A stretch of 64,000 nucleotides of DNA from the human T2T-CHM13v2.0 reference genome, Homo sapiens, in the NCBI RefSeq assembly GCF_009914755.1, contig NC_060934.1, one strand, 5' to 3'. Position numbers and translations under genes: made by a program. Each line of letters begins with the position of its first letter. Position 1 is the first letter of the stretch. The notes beneath the pieces were generated by a model, which worked only from the letters and a program-made list of their open reading frames with translations, had not been told where the DNA came from and made no database searches. Shown piece after piece: positions 38,603 to 52,081 of this stretch.

Positions 38603-39016
38603 GTTTTTGGACTCTTCAGGAAGGGGCTCCCTTGACCTAGGTTGCAATATGGAAAAGGAGCCAACCTGAGGGGTGACGAGACTGAGCTGAGGACACTGGT
38701 TTTCTGCCTTTCCCCGAGAGAGACTCAGTGAGGGTGGGCTGGGAGCCCTGGAAGCCCCCTCAAATGGGTGGGAAGTTGCCAGCCATCCTTGAGAAGGGCA
38801 ACCCTCTCCATGTGAGCACAGGCACCAGAGAGGGGCAGGCGCCTGGAGGGTACCGGGGCACCCCCAGCTGCCCATGGCTGGACTTGCCCTTTGACAAGGG
38901 GCCCTCCCAGTGTCATTTGTATCTGTCAGTACTCTTGGTTGCAAGGGACAGAAACCCTTAAGTAGTTCAAGCAAAAAAGGATTGGCTCATGTAACTCAAA
39001 AGTATAAGTGATTTCA

Positions 39017-39310
<294 letters not shown>

Positions 39311-41479
39311 GTGCAAGTGATTTCAGGCACGGCTGCATCCAAGCACTCAGTTGAGCAGGGATCTGTCTTCAACACTGGGCTCTGCTTTTTTGTATTGGCA
39401 AAGAGGGGCACCAGCACCTCTAGGCTGACTTCTTACCAATTTATCACCCCTAGTGGGAAAAATTCTTTTGCAGTAATTCCAGCAGATTCTCATCGGCCCA
39501 GTTGGTTGTGTCATCCTGGAACCAATTGTGATTCTGGTATGCTGGGGAGGGATCACACTCCCCCTAGTGGACCCAGGGGTTGGGGTCAGCCCCGCCTGAA
39601 TTACACCGTCTGAGCATGGGGAAGGGGCTTCTATTCTAAGACAAGGGATTGAATGCTAAGCAGATCCAAGTGGTAGATGTGTGCTACACAAGCTCAGAGT
39701 CTTGCCCAGTCGGTGCTCAATAAATGTCACGGAGTTTAACTCATTGCTTTCTCCTCCTTGCACACCTGGGGCTCCCAGAGTCCTTGCTTCCATTTCTTGC
39801 TCCGTCCCAACTCCAAGCAGAGTGATACCAAGACCCCGCTCCGAAGTGTGTTTACTCTACAGACAGATGGTATGAAACTGCACTGAGCCCCCAGGCCCTT
39901 CCCCTCTGACAGTTATTAATATTTCAAACAGATGTTTAGCCAGTCAGGCTGTCAGACGTAAACAATAATTCTGCGGCAGCTGTTTTCTTCACCTCCCGCG
40001 TCTCTAGCCCATGACTCCTCCAGCTTTCACCAAGGTGCTCCCTGCAATAAATCACCAGGCGCTTGAGGCCCCCTGGACCTTCCTTCAGCCTCTCAGTGCC
40101 CAGCCAGAGAGCAAGTGCCAGAGGCTCTGGCCTTCTGGACCCAAAGTGTGTGTCTTTACCCACCATCCCCCTTCGAAGGACTGGGTAAAAGGCAGCCAAC
40201 AGCCTATGCTTTAGAGGCCTCAGAGTGGAGGGGAGGCTCTGTCCCCTGTGGGTCTGGGACCACGTGGCAAAGAATTCTAGTGTCAGATCCAGGCTCAGTG
40301 GGTGTCAGGGGATTCCTTCCAGGTGTTCTTGCTTGGGACAGAGTTTCCTCACTTCGTAGTCCCAAGTTCCCATGGTCCTTGGAAAGGGATGGGGAAAACC
40401 TATGGAGCCGGGAGGAGATGTGAAATATGAGAAGGGGCATCCCTTGGTCGGTGGTGCCAAGGACAGCTGTGTCAGGCCCAGTCCAGTTTGGGGCTGGCGC
40501 TGGGGAGCAGGCTTTGGTGAATGTGAGCCGAGCCCCTCATGCTAGGTTTTTATCCAGAACTGGGGCAGCTGCTGGGCCTGAGCTCAGCCTCCTCTGTGAG
40601 TCGCTAGGAACCAGCAGATCCGGCCAGCCTCCCTGGGTTCCTGGCTTCCTTCATCCAAGCCTCACCCACCCCCTTCTCAAGCTCCCAGCCCCAGGGTTTA
40701 TGAAGCCATGAAAGGTGAGGGCCCATTTCATCAGGTAACAGCTCTCACAGCAGGACCGTGTGCCTAAAGGAGTTCAGGCCCTGCAGGGAGATGGTGGGGA
40801 CCCCGCGTGCTGGCCTATCCATGCCACTCTTAGCGCCTTCATTTTCTCATCTGCAAAATGGGCCCCAGAGCTAGTAAGTGACTAAACTGGAATTCTGTTC
40901 CTGTAAAGGAGATATAAAAACATCCTGGGTGACCCACCCTCCCCCCTTCCTCTCCCAGTCTCCCCAGGGTGTTTCCTGGCCACACCCTCCACACCACCCT
41001 GCCCTGCTCTTGGCCTCCTTCACCCGGCAGCTCTCTGCTCAGACCCGGGGTCAGCCCAATCTCTCCACCTCCTCTGCCACAAAAGGGGCTGAAATTATGG
41101 CTGCCTGCTCAGGGACTGTAAAATTCCTTCTCCGTGACCTTTTCTGGGATGTTATTAAAATGTTTCATGGGGAGTTGTGTCAGGAAAAAAATTATGAAGA
41201 AAAGGAAATGTTTTAATATGCAATGAAGGCAGGAGCCGAGCGTCCCCAGCTCTCATCCTGGCGTGGCCCTGCTTCAGTGGCTGGTCACCTGTCCTGGGGG
41301 AAGGTGGTCATTTAACATGGCTTGGGGAAGCTGGAATAGGAAGGGCTGTCACCACCAGTCCAGGTGTCCTAGCAGGGGTGGAAGGGCCAGACTTTCTCGC
41401 CTCCCAGGTCCCTGGACCTTATGGCCCCCAGTTACAGCAAAATGAGTTTCCACTGGTGGCAGGAAAAGAGTGGGGACAC

Positions 41480-41660
41480 CCTCATGCACACAGTCAGCGC
41501 TGGCAGAACCCACACATACAAAAAGTCCACCTTCTGTATGTATACAGGGGTTTTGCATATATGGAGTACTGTATTTTCCATCCAAATTTGGTTGAAAAAA
41601 ATGTTGCATGCAAATGAACCCACACAGTTCAAACAGGTGCTGTTCAAGGGCCAACTGTAT
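41480..41660. mobile_element. Tigger2-like DNA-transposon end
   Basis: cagttcaaac...tgttcaagggccaactgTA resembles the Tigger2 terminal inverted repeat plus TA target. Confidence 0.65.
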
Positions 41661-42228
41661 CTCTAACCTGTTAAGTAGGCGCTGTTATTCTCACTTTACA
41701 GATGAGGAAACAGATGAGGCTCAGGGAGTTAAGTAACTTGCTCAGGGCCCCAGGGCTAGTAAGTGACTAAACTGGATTCACACAGCGACTCCATATCCCA
41801 AGCCACAGGCTCTTAACCACGAGGCCACCCATCCAGAAGGTTCTATGTGGGACCACTGAGCCTAGTCCTTTCAGCAACCTTCAGAGCTGAGGGTAAAGAG
41901 AGGAGCCGGAAAGTGCTCTCTGCGGTATCCACAGGGACAGGTCCCAGGGTCGCTCCAGGTGGTGTGTTCTTAGGTGGCGCTCAAGACTTTTAGGGCCTGT
42001 GGCACCACCAGGTGAATTTTCACATCTCTGAGCCCTAAGCTGCTCCAGGGACAGAACTGTGTGAGTGTTTTCACTGATGGAGAAACCATTTCAGAGATAT
42101 TCGAGCACTTTGCTCAGGGAAGCAGGAATACCAAGGCAGCCCAGAGCTGTCTCTGTGAGGAAAGGTCCCCTGGAAGGAGGGAGGGTTCAGGATGAATGTG
42201 CTCTGAAGGGTGATCACACAGAGGAAGG

Positions 42229-42515
42229 ATGTGCGGGGGTGCATATGTGTATATGTGCGCAGGCATGTGAGGTATGCTTGTGGGATGTGTATGGGGGTGT
42301 GTGTAGGCAGGCATGTTTTTTTGTGCCTGTGCATGTACATGTGTTTGCAGCTATGTATACTCAGAGGTATGTGTATGTAATATACATGTGTGTGTGCATG
42401 TGTGCCTGTGCACGTACATGTTACGACTACATGCATTTGGGGATGTGCGTACACTATATGCACAAGTCTCATGTGCACACGTGTGTGTACATGTATGTGC
42501 CTGTACCGATGCATG
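42229..42515. repeat. Degenerate (TG/CA)-rich alternating purine-pyrimidine tract
   Basis: Direct reading. Confidence 0.8.
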
Positions 42516-43081
42516 GATGATGCTGGTGGCTCCCCATCCTCTAGGCTGTGTGGTTTATTCCCTCTCATATCCCAGGCTGCTCTGTGATTCACACCTTCCA
42601 GTCCTGCCTCCTGACCTGGCAATTGAAATCAGATGAGAAGGCCAGGGAGTGTCTTATCCTGGGACCCTGCTAGGCTTGGGGCAGCCCTGCAGCCTGGCCA
42701 GTGTCTGGGGCCTGGCAGGGTTTGTGGGCACCACTGGACAGTACAAGAAGTACAAGAGTAACCTAATCATTTATTCATTCATTCATTGATTCAACAAACG
42801 TTTGGTGAATACCTGCTGTGTGCTAGGCACATGGCCCTGAGGACACATGGTGATGTGAGTCTTGTACTTATAAAGTTTATAGTCTTCCAGGAAAACTGGA
42901 CTAACTACGAAATGAATCTTCACACTGAGTATTACTTGCTGTGATGGAGAGATCAGGGAGTACGCGAACCTCTAATAGGGTACCTGACCTTGCCTGGGGT
43001 CCAGGAAAGCTTCCCTGAGGAAGTGGCATTTGAGTAAGCATTAACTGGTGAAGGCAGACAGGGAATAACATTGGAGAAAAG

Positions 43082-43403
43082 AGGCTGGGAGCAGTGGCTC
43101 ATGCCTGGAATCCCAACACTTTGGGAGGCCAAGGCAACTGGATCACTTGCGCCTAGGAGTTCAAGATCAGCCTGGGCAACATGGCAAAACCCTGTCTCTG
43201 CAAAAAAAAAAAAAAAAAAAATGCCAGGTGTGGTGGCATACACCTTTAGTTCCAGCTACTGTAGAGGCTGAGGTGAGAATGTCACTTGAGCCCAGGAAGT
43301 TGAGACTTCAGTGAGCCGTGATCCACTGCACTCCAGTGAGCCGTGAGCCACTGCACTCCAGCCTGTGCAACAGAGTGAGACCCTATCTCAAAAAAAAAAA
43401 AAA
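43082..43403 (+). mobile_element. Alu SINE (AluJ-like) with internal 25-bp tandem duplication, inserted in L2
   Basis: cagtgagccgtga(t/g)ccactgcactc x2 at 43309-43358. Confidence 0.93.
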
Positions 43404-46269
43404 CCACTGGAGGAGAGAACAGCATGTGCAAAGGCCCCGTGGCTGGAGTACAGTGAGGACGTGTGTGATGTGTGGGGAAGTGGGGTCCTGCTCCTTTGAA
43501 GCACAAGAGGCTTGGCTGTTTCTCTTCTTCCCAAATTGATACTCCCCACAATATGCCCTTTGGGATGCTGTTCTGATAGTGGGGAAGGCCTATATCAAAC
43601 CATCCATACCCCCTTGCCTGTTCCATCCTTGTGACGGTGGCAGGCGTTTGGGAAACAGTTGGCAGAGGTGGTACCTAGGATGTGTGAGGAGCCAGCTTGG
43701 CCTCTTGCAGCATGGGGCACGTGTCCCTCTATTTATTAGCTCCATGTCCTCTGGGCAGTGGGAGAGGCGAAGTGCTGAGGAAGGGTGGCAGCCCCCCTGG
43801 CGCAGGGCTTACTGAGCTCCAAGGCCTTCTATCCCTGCTGCAGGGGGTGGGGCATGGCAGAAATGGGCAGAAGATGGACTTCAGACAAGACAGGCTTCTT
43901 CCCCAGTCGGAGGAAGCCAAGAAAGGAGAGGCCCTGAAAAGTCCTGACTGGGCAGGTGTGGGGCCCCAGGACCAGCTTGTGGTTTGCTGAGCCGTGGGTA
44001 GAGCTCCACCTCTCAGCTCCAGACAGACAGGGCTGGCTGGAGGTGGCCTAAAAGCCTGCTCCTCTCTCATCTCCCTGCCCCCTCTTCCCAGCCTGTCCTT
44101 GGGAGGCTGGCAGCATCTTGGGCAGGGCCACAAGACATCCAGGGAGTCCCTGCAATCCTGTCTTACTATGAGCTGGTCACTCCTTCTCTGGGACTTGGCT
44201 TTTTTCCTATGAAATGGGAAAGTAGTGCCTGCGCAGCCTGCAGTGCTGGGTTGTTGGGAGACCCATTGCAGTGATGTGGTGTAAACAGGTAAGATTTACA
44301 GATGGCAGGAGTGGGTATTTTCATCACTGGCCTTCAGGGTCTCACCTGGCTGCCCACCAGCCCTTCGGCCTGTGGACAAGCCCAGCTCTGCCGCAGTGGA
44401 CCCTGGACAAGACACCGGGCCTCAGTTTCCTCTTCTGTGAGCTGGGGGAGATAACCTGCTAGGAGCCTACCTTGGAGGATTGTTGTGAGAATCAAATGAA
44501 ATGATTCATGAAGACACAGCACAGAGGCTGGCTAGGAACACACGCTGGAAATGTCAGCAAGTCATGCCTGGCCTCCTGGCTGAGCCTCCAGGGAGCACGG
44601 GCCCTGGGCAAGGACACCACCCTCAGAGCTGTGGCCCTGCCTCAGGCAGCCATGTGACCTTGGCCAGTCACTGAACCTCTGGGTCCCAGTGAGATGACTG
44701 GGCCAGGGGCTGGTTCAGGGCCTTCTGGGTTGGTGAGGCTTTAATTCCAATTTGCACTGTCCAAGGAGAAAGGGGAGCCATTCTTGCTGTTTAGTTTCAT
44801 GCCCAGCAACATGAACGTGCCACCCACCCTGCAAGAGTCCCCACCCACCCACTGGCCTCTAGAGCCCGTCTCCTGCCCTACCCCTCCTCTCTCAGCTCCC
44901 ATCTGGAAGTCTCAGGAAGATTCCCCAGGACTTCACTTCCCCCTCCTAGAGCTAACTGGCTTTTCCTCCTGGTCCAGCCCAGCCTCCCTCTCCTGCCACA
45001 TCAGCAGACAGCCCTGCTGCATCAATGTCAGCCCCATTGCTGTTTGTCCCCATCTCTCCTTCCCCTCCCACCCACAGCATTGACCCCACAAGGAAAAGGT
45101 GGGTATGATGTCATTGCCCTGGGCTGGCCGTGGTGAAGGCAAGCTTCAATCCTGGAGGACTTCAAATGCAGCAGGCCTGTTCCACCAGCTGTAAGGCCAC
45201 AGGGCCTCTCCCTCTGCTCTGTAACTGTCAGGACACCCCCAGCCTTCAGGCTCAGAGATCACCCCTGTCCCTCCATGCTGCTGAATCCAAGAACTCTAAC
45301 ATGGGTTCTACTCAAGGTGCTGGAAACCTAATAGCCCAGCCAGATGATCCAGGAAAGCCAGTTCACTGCCTGTCTTAGTCTTGGTGCTCCCTGGGGCAAA
45401 CCCCAGTTCCTCCCTGGTCCCTCTGCCCCCAGCAGAAGGACATGTTGCTCTGCAACATCTGTGGAAGCCTCTCAGCTGTATCTATCTACTACTGCAGGAG
45501 GGAACCTTGCTATAGGAGCAAGGCTTTGGAACCAGAAACCCAGCTTCAAATTCTGGCTCTGCTGCCTGCTGTCTCTATGGCCCTGGGCAGGTGCTTAGCT
45601 GTGTCCTGACCCTCAGTCTCCAGAGTGTGCTGTGGAGAGAATAATAATAATACTTATCCCACAATGAAGAGAGACGGGGCATTTAAAGCACTTTGTGTAT
45701 TAGAAGGCACTGGGTAAATGGCAGGTGTCTTATCTGGGAGTCGGTGGAACTTCAGAGAGCATTGGTATTTAAGCTTGGGTCTCTTGGTTCCTAGATTTTC
45801 TGCCTTTGGCTGTGACTTCCCTAGACTCTGGGTCCTCTCAGTTGGTGCGTTGGTTGAGTTTTTGTCTGTGCTCAACCCCGGGAAGCCAACACACAGAGTC
45901 TAGCCTCAAGGAACAGAACACAGAGAAAGGTTAAACAAGCTTGCAGGTGAGAACCAAGCCTCTTCGGAGGGAGGCAGACGATAGTTGCTGCCAGGTGTGC
46001 GACCTGTGCGGTGGTCTGGGGACATGGACTCGGAAGGGCCCCAAACTTGGTGGAATGCTCTGCTGTCACCATCTTGAAATTCTGATAATTTCTGAACAGA
46101 GGCCCTGCGTGCTCATGTTACTCTGGGCCCTGCAGCTTACGTGGCTTGCCCTGGCACAGGAGTTTATCATTCTCTGCCCAGATAAACTCAGTGGCTCTCC
46201 ACGGTTTTCATCGATCCCTACATTCAGTCAACAGTCAGCAAAGGCTGAAGTGCTGGGGCCTTCTGTTCC

Positions 46270-46860
46270 CACAGAGCTTGCTTCGGTTCTTATTGCCGCA
46301 TAAGAAACCACCCAAACTTAGTGGCATAAAGCAATAGCTGTTTTTAATACAAATGGCTCATGGATTTGGTGGGTCAGGAATACAGAAAGGGTGCGGTAGG
46401 GAGGCCTTCTCTTTCCTTGGGATCTGAGGTGACTCGACCAGCTGGAGTCTGGAAACAGAGGGCCCGGAGGATCCATTCTGATGGTGTTCTCACCCTGCCA
46501 CGACTGTGCCCTTGGCTCATTTGGCTGAAGGGTGAGTGCAGCCGGACTGTGGCCCAAGCACCCACATGTAGCCTCCCCACGTGTCCGGACATCTCCCAGC
46601 ATGGGAGTTCTGAGCAGGCGCACCCCCAGGGAGGCCTCTGGGGGAGGAGTGTCCCAAGAGATCCAGACAGAAGCTGCGTGGCGTTTTTCAACCCAGCCTC
46701 CAAGTCACACTGCATCATTTCTGCTGAATTCTGTTGGTTTTAAGTCACCAGGGCAAGTCCAGATTCAAGGAGAGAGGACGTAGATCTCCCCAGCTGTCAA
46801 TGGAGAGAACGTCCAAGAATTTACACACACGTAAATGTCATAGAAACACTCAGAGGTCAC
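46270..46860 (-). mobile_element. Old MaLR (MLT1-class) LTR
   Basis: tattgccgcataagaaaccacccaaacttagtggc.taaa...cagcctccaagtcacactgcatcatttctgc...cagattcaagg. Confidence 0.65.
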
Positions 46861-49800
46861 TTTTCCATACCACTTCTGAGCAGTCATGCATGAGCACAGT
46901 GCCATGATGCCACAATTTCCCTCACCTCCTCCTGGAGGGCACAAAAGGAAGCAGGAGAGCAGAAGGGAAACCTGCAAATCCCCTTTCCAGCCTGGGACGA
47001 GCTCTCCGTGACTGGGAAGTGAAAAGACAGTGATCCCTGCTGTCCCAGGCACTCCCTGGCCAGTGGAATTCAAGCCTTCTAGACCTGGGTTGGCCTCTGC
47101 AGCCTGGCCTTGAGCTGCTATTCCAGCCCTTGCCCCCATACCCCTCACACCCTTCTCTCCTGCCCACTCAGATCCTCAACACCCCTCAACCCTCAGCATT
47201 TTCTTGCCACGGCGTCTTTACTTGCTACTCACCTGCCTCTCCCTCCTTCCTATTGGAGACCATCAAAATCTGCTGAACCTCAGGGCCAGCCTCCTTGGCA
47301 GCACCGCCTTAAAAAGCCCACTTTTCCTGGTAACTGGCATGTGTCACCTCTCGAGTTCCTCTGCCTCTTCTCTGGGGCCCCAGCATGCTGTGTGCCTTGC
47401 TGTCTGTGGCTGTTCCCACCCCTGTATGAGGGCTCGCTGGCAAGTGTTCCTTCCCCACGCCACTGAAAACCTTCCCCAAGCAGGTTCTCTCTGTCTCAGG
47501 GGCCCCACCCATGGTGTATGCAACACAAAGTAGGCTGGACTCCTACTTTGGTGTCTGGGGTGGTCTGGGGTATCTAGGACAGTTGCTGGAGGAAGGAATG
47601 TGGGCAGGAGAAGGTTAGCAGAGGCCTCATGGGGACACATGAGGCACAGAGATGGTAAATTACATACACAAGGCCACCCAGCCCATCGGCAACGGAGATG
47701 TTTGTCCAAGCCTGAAGCCTCATAACCCCACATTTCACTCTCTGTGCCAGGCTCCCCCAACATCCCCTCGGGTGACAAGCATATGCAGAAGACTGCTGGC
47801 CAGAGAACCCCAAGGCCTGGCTTCCAGGCCACTGAGTTGCTGTGTGACCCTGTCCCATTCTCATACTCTCTCCAGACCTTAGTTTCCTGCTCAGTCCAAG
47901 GAGAAGATGGGCTGGAGGCCTTCTGAATGCCCTTCATAGATCAGGCATCCCTGGGGATGCAGACCGCAGCCCCAGGACCAAGGCCAAGGGTAGGGAGGTG
48001 TAATGGCCACCAGCTTCCAGGATCGCCTGGGCCTCCTAGTCCTAATCAGGGCATACGAGTCCAAGGTCAACGCTGAAATCTGCCCTGCCTCTCAGTCTGG
48101 CCCTGTAGACAGGTGGGCGGGAGCTGACCCTGCTTCCCTGGCTACTTCTGGGCAGGGCCAGGTGCCCTGGGCCTTCCTGGCCCTCTGGGAGCCCCTGTGT
48201 CTCCCTGGATCGTCTGCTCTCCTCCTTCCCCTCCCAGAGCAGAACTCTGCACTCTCTGGCACAAAGGGTGCCCTCCAGATGCAAATCCAGCGACTATTTA
48301 AGGCCTGGAATGACAGTGGTGAGCCAGACAACTTCCCTGTCTGTTCCAGGGGCAGGAGGCAGATGATGAACAAGGAATTTCAGAGCCCATGGGATGGGGA
48401 TGAGTGATGTGGGGAAATACGACTGGGCAGGGGCGGGGAGTGCCAGGGCTGGGGTTGCTACTGCATCGTTATATCAAGTGGTGCAGGAGGACAGGCCTCT
48501 CCTGGAAAGTGACATGAAACAACCTGGAAGGAAGCCAGCTGGGATCCAGGTTGAAAATGCAGGAAAGAGTAGCCCAGGTGAGGGATGCAGGTGAAAGACC
48601 CTGAGCAACAGCCTGGCTGTGGTGGATGCACAGAGAGCAGGAGGGGCATGGAGGCCGGGAGGTGATGAGGCCTGGGAGCCCATCGTGGGTAGCAAGTCTA
48701 GGAGAGCCCTGAGGATGGATCTCCTCGATGCTCCTCAGTGGAGAATAGGCGGGGGGTAGGGGATGGAGGGGACCAGGGTGGAAGCTGGAGACCTGCCCTG
48801 AGGCTACTGCAAGAAGCAGGGAAGGATGAGTATCCAACCACGCAGGTGGGGACAGTGGAAGTCCAGATCCCTCCTGCTGCTTCACCCTCCTCTCCCCACC
48901 CTTGCTGGAGTTGCTTCACTCTTCTCCTTCCCAGGCCAGCAAGGTGCATGCGTCTCCATCTCCGCCTGACTGACCAGGTGGGCCCTGCACCATCCCGAAT
49001 GTCAAGTGGAAAGGGCTGCAAGTAGGCCCTAGGCGGGGTTGGGGTCCTGCCTCGGCTTCCTGCCTGCAGGTTGGCCTTGAGCCGGTGACTGAAGGGCTCT
49101 GGGTTTCCATTTTCTCAACTATAAAATGGGAAGAGTAATTCCTATCTCAGCAATGCTATGAAATAATGTATGGCCAGGTCATAGGCCAGGGCCTGCCTAC
49201 AGCAAGTGCTCCAAAAGCGTACCAATGCCTGCTGTGTCAGACCTCCAGGGTTCTCCATGGTTTTCTAGAATAGTCGTCTCTCCCTGCTTCTGATAGCATC
49301 CATTCGACTTGATTTTACCATTGTATAAAGCTGATGACAAAACTTGCCAACGTGAATTATTAGTAAGCCTGGGAGATGATAACAGGGCCCAAGGGGTAGG
49401 CCCGGTCCACAGGCTTTAGCAAAACCAAGAGGACAAGCCGGTCAGAGCAGGGTAGACAGCCCTTGCGCCTCTGCCCAAGAATCATCAGAAGCTGGACTTC
49501 CAGAGCCTGCTCAGCTCTTCCAGCGCATTCCCCAGCACCCCCCTGCCAGGTATCCTCCCTCCCCACCCCCTCCTGACACCCCCACCATTGGCATCTTAAT
49601 TGATCTCATTGTTCTCAAACCCTTGAGACCTGAGACTCCAGCTGTGCTTAAACAGAACAAAATCTCTTCCAATTTCCCCACCGTTTAAAAGAAAATTGAA
49701 TTCTTTATCTGCAGCCTGGGGAGGGGAAGAGGGAGGCTAAATAGAGAGGGACACATACACACACACACACAGACACACAGAAAATAGTAGGTCATTCCAG

Positions 49801-51759
49801 CCCTGCCCCCAGGCTGGCCTGGAAGGCCTCTGTGGACACACTCGCTCCCATTTGGGGGTGTCTACGGATGTACTTCTGGGCCCCTTTAATGGGCTCTTCT
49901 GTTCATCTCCCTCAGAGGGGCTGGGGTGGGAGCTGGAGGAGGCTGAGCTGGCTGTCAGTGATTGACGGGTCCGGAGTTCCTCTGTCAGGCCTCAGCGCCC
50001 CTCGCCTGTGTTTATCTCTTTAATCTAAATATCTGTCTTTGAAACCTAAATGGCGTGGAGTGAGAGGTAGGACCGGGGTAGAGAGAGAGAAAGAGGAAGA
50101 GAGAGGGAGGGAGGAGAGAGCGAGAGATGGAGAGAGAGAGAGAGAGAGAACATAGCAGGCTGTCGCCTTTCTTCCACTGCGGCTGGGGTGCCCCCGCCTC
50201 TGCCTCGGAAGTGAATTGTCCTGGACCTTGTGTGAGGTCTGATGGTTTTCAGCTGATTGGTCATTCAACAAATTGATTTTTGGCAAATTGATTTAAGGCC
50301 TCACTGCCTGTCCCGCCTTTGAAGCACTCCACAGCCTCTGTCACCAGCACTTCCAGAATCTACCATCCTTGACCGAGCAGCTCTGTCTGCGGCTAATCTT
50401 TGCCCCTTTGCCAAAACAAGAGGATACTGCGTTCATCCCAGGCCTGGTGAAGCAGTGGTGTGAGCTTAGTGAATGCCAGGCATTTTACAGGGCGTTCCCT
50501 GTCTCTTCTGTACCCATTGTGTAGAAGAAGCTGAGGCCCGGAGAGGTGAGCGGCATGTCCCAGGCCAGCCAGTTAGTGACCAGCCATGCCGGGATTCAGA
50601 CCCCAGACGGTCTGACCCCAAAGCCCCTGGCTTCCCCTCCATTCTGCCAGTCACCCTCAGGGCTCACCTCCCAAGCTGGGCTCCAGCCTTTTGGAGTCAG
50701 CTGTCTCCAAAGTCCAGGGAAAGTGGGCTTGCAAGGTGGAAGCAGCTCACTCCCTGGGTGACCTTGAGCAGGTCCATGGCTGAAGGGGCCTCAGCGTCCT
50801 CATCTGGAAAATGAAAGGGTTCTGCTGGACACTCTCTAAGGCCCCCTGTGCCAACAACACCTGAGTGTTCCTGTAGACAGTCACCTCCAGCACAGAGAGC
50901 CCGTGACACCCTGTGCTCTGCTCCTGTCAGAAGTCACCCTTCAGTAGGTTCGCTGCTGATTGTTCCTGCTCAGACAATCACTCAGAGAACACCAGAGCGA
51001 AGACAATGGACCCCCTGGGCCAGGGGACAATGGGCAGCTGTACAAGTGGCCAGCGCCAGAATGAGTTTGTAAATGCTGCAGACCAAATGCCTGTTCAGAG
51101 TCCACCAGTGCCATGAGCTAGGAAGGTTATGAGCCCTGGAACTCAGGTGACAGGGGAGAGAGGGGAGAGAGTGACAGAAGCAGCCACTGGGAACTAGGCC
51201 TGAGAGTTTGTCCAGGGAACATTTGGGAGAAAGCCTAGAGCAGCAGGTGGGTAGGGGACCCACAGAGGTTTAGGGAGAGGTTGAGCTGGCTCTGTGGGTT
51301 TGGGGTGGCTTAATCTCACTCTGTAATCTCTGTACAGGGGATAGTAGCTGTGGTTCCTACCAGCTTGTTTCTGGAGTGGCTCAAAGTTCCATATGCCTGT
51401 CATAAAAACGACATTTAACTTCATGACCCAGGACACATACTCACACGGACACTTATCTCCAGCAAAGCAGTACTTCCTGAACACATGTAATAATACACTC
51501 TAGTGTTTTCTGATTTAATTCTGCTAGATTTCATTTTCTAAGTGCTAACCATGAACCACTAGATTGATTTCATGACCAACTAATGGATAGATGTTCAACC
51601 AAACTAAGTTTGAACCTCTCTAGAAGGAGCCTTCTCTGCTTCACCATCTGATGAGGAGAAGGAAGGTAGTATCAACTTGTATTTCTCTAGTGTTCACTAC
51701 AGGGAGCAAAGGGATAAAGACCGCGTCCTCCAGACTTAGATCACCCAGGTTTACCCTGA

Positions 51760-52081
<322 letters not shown>

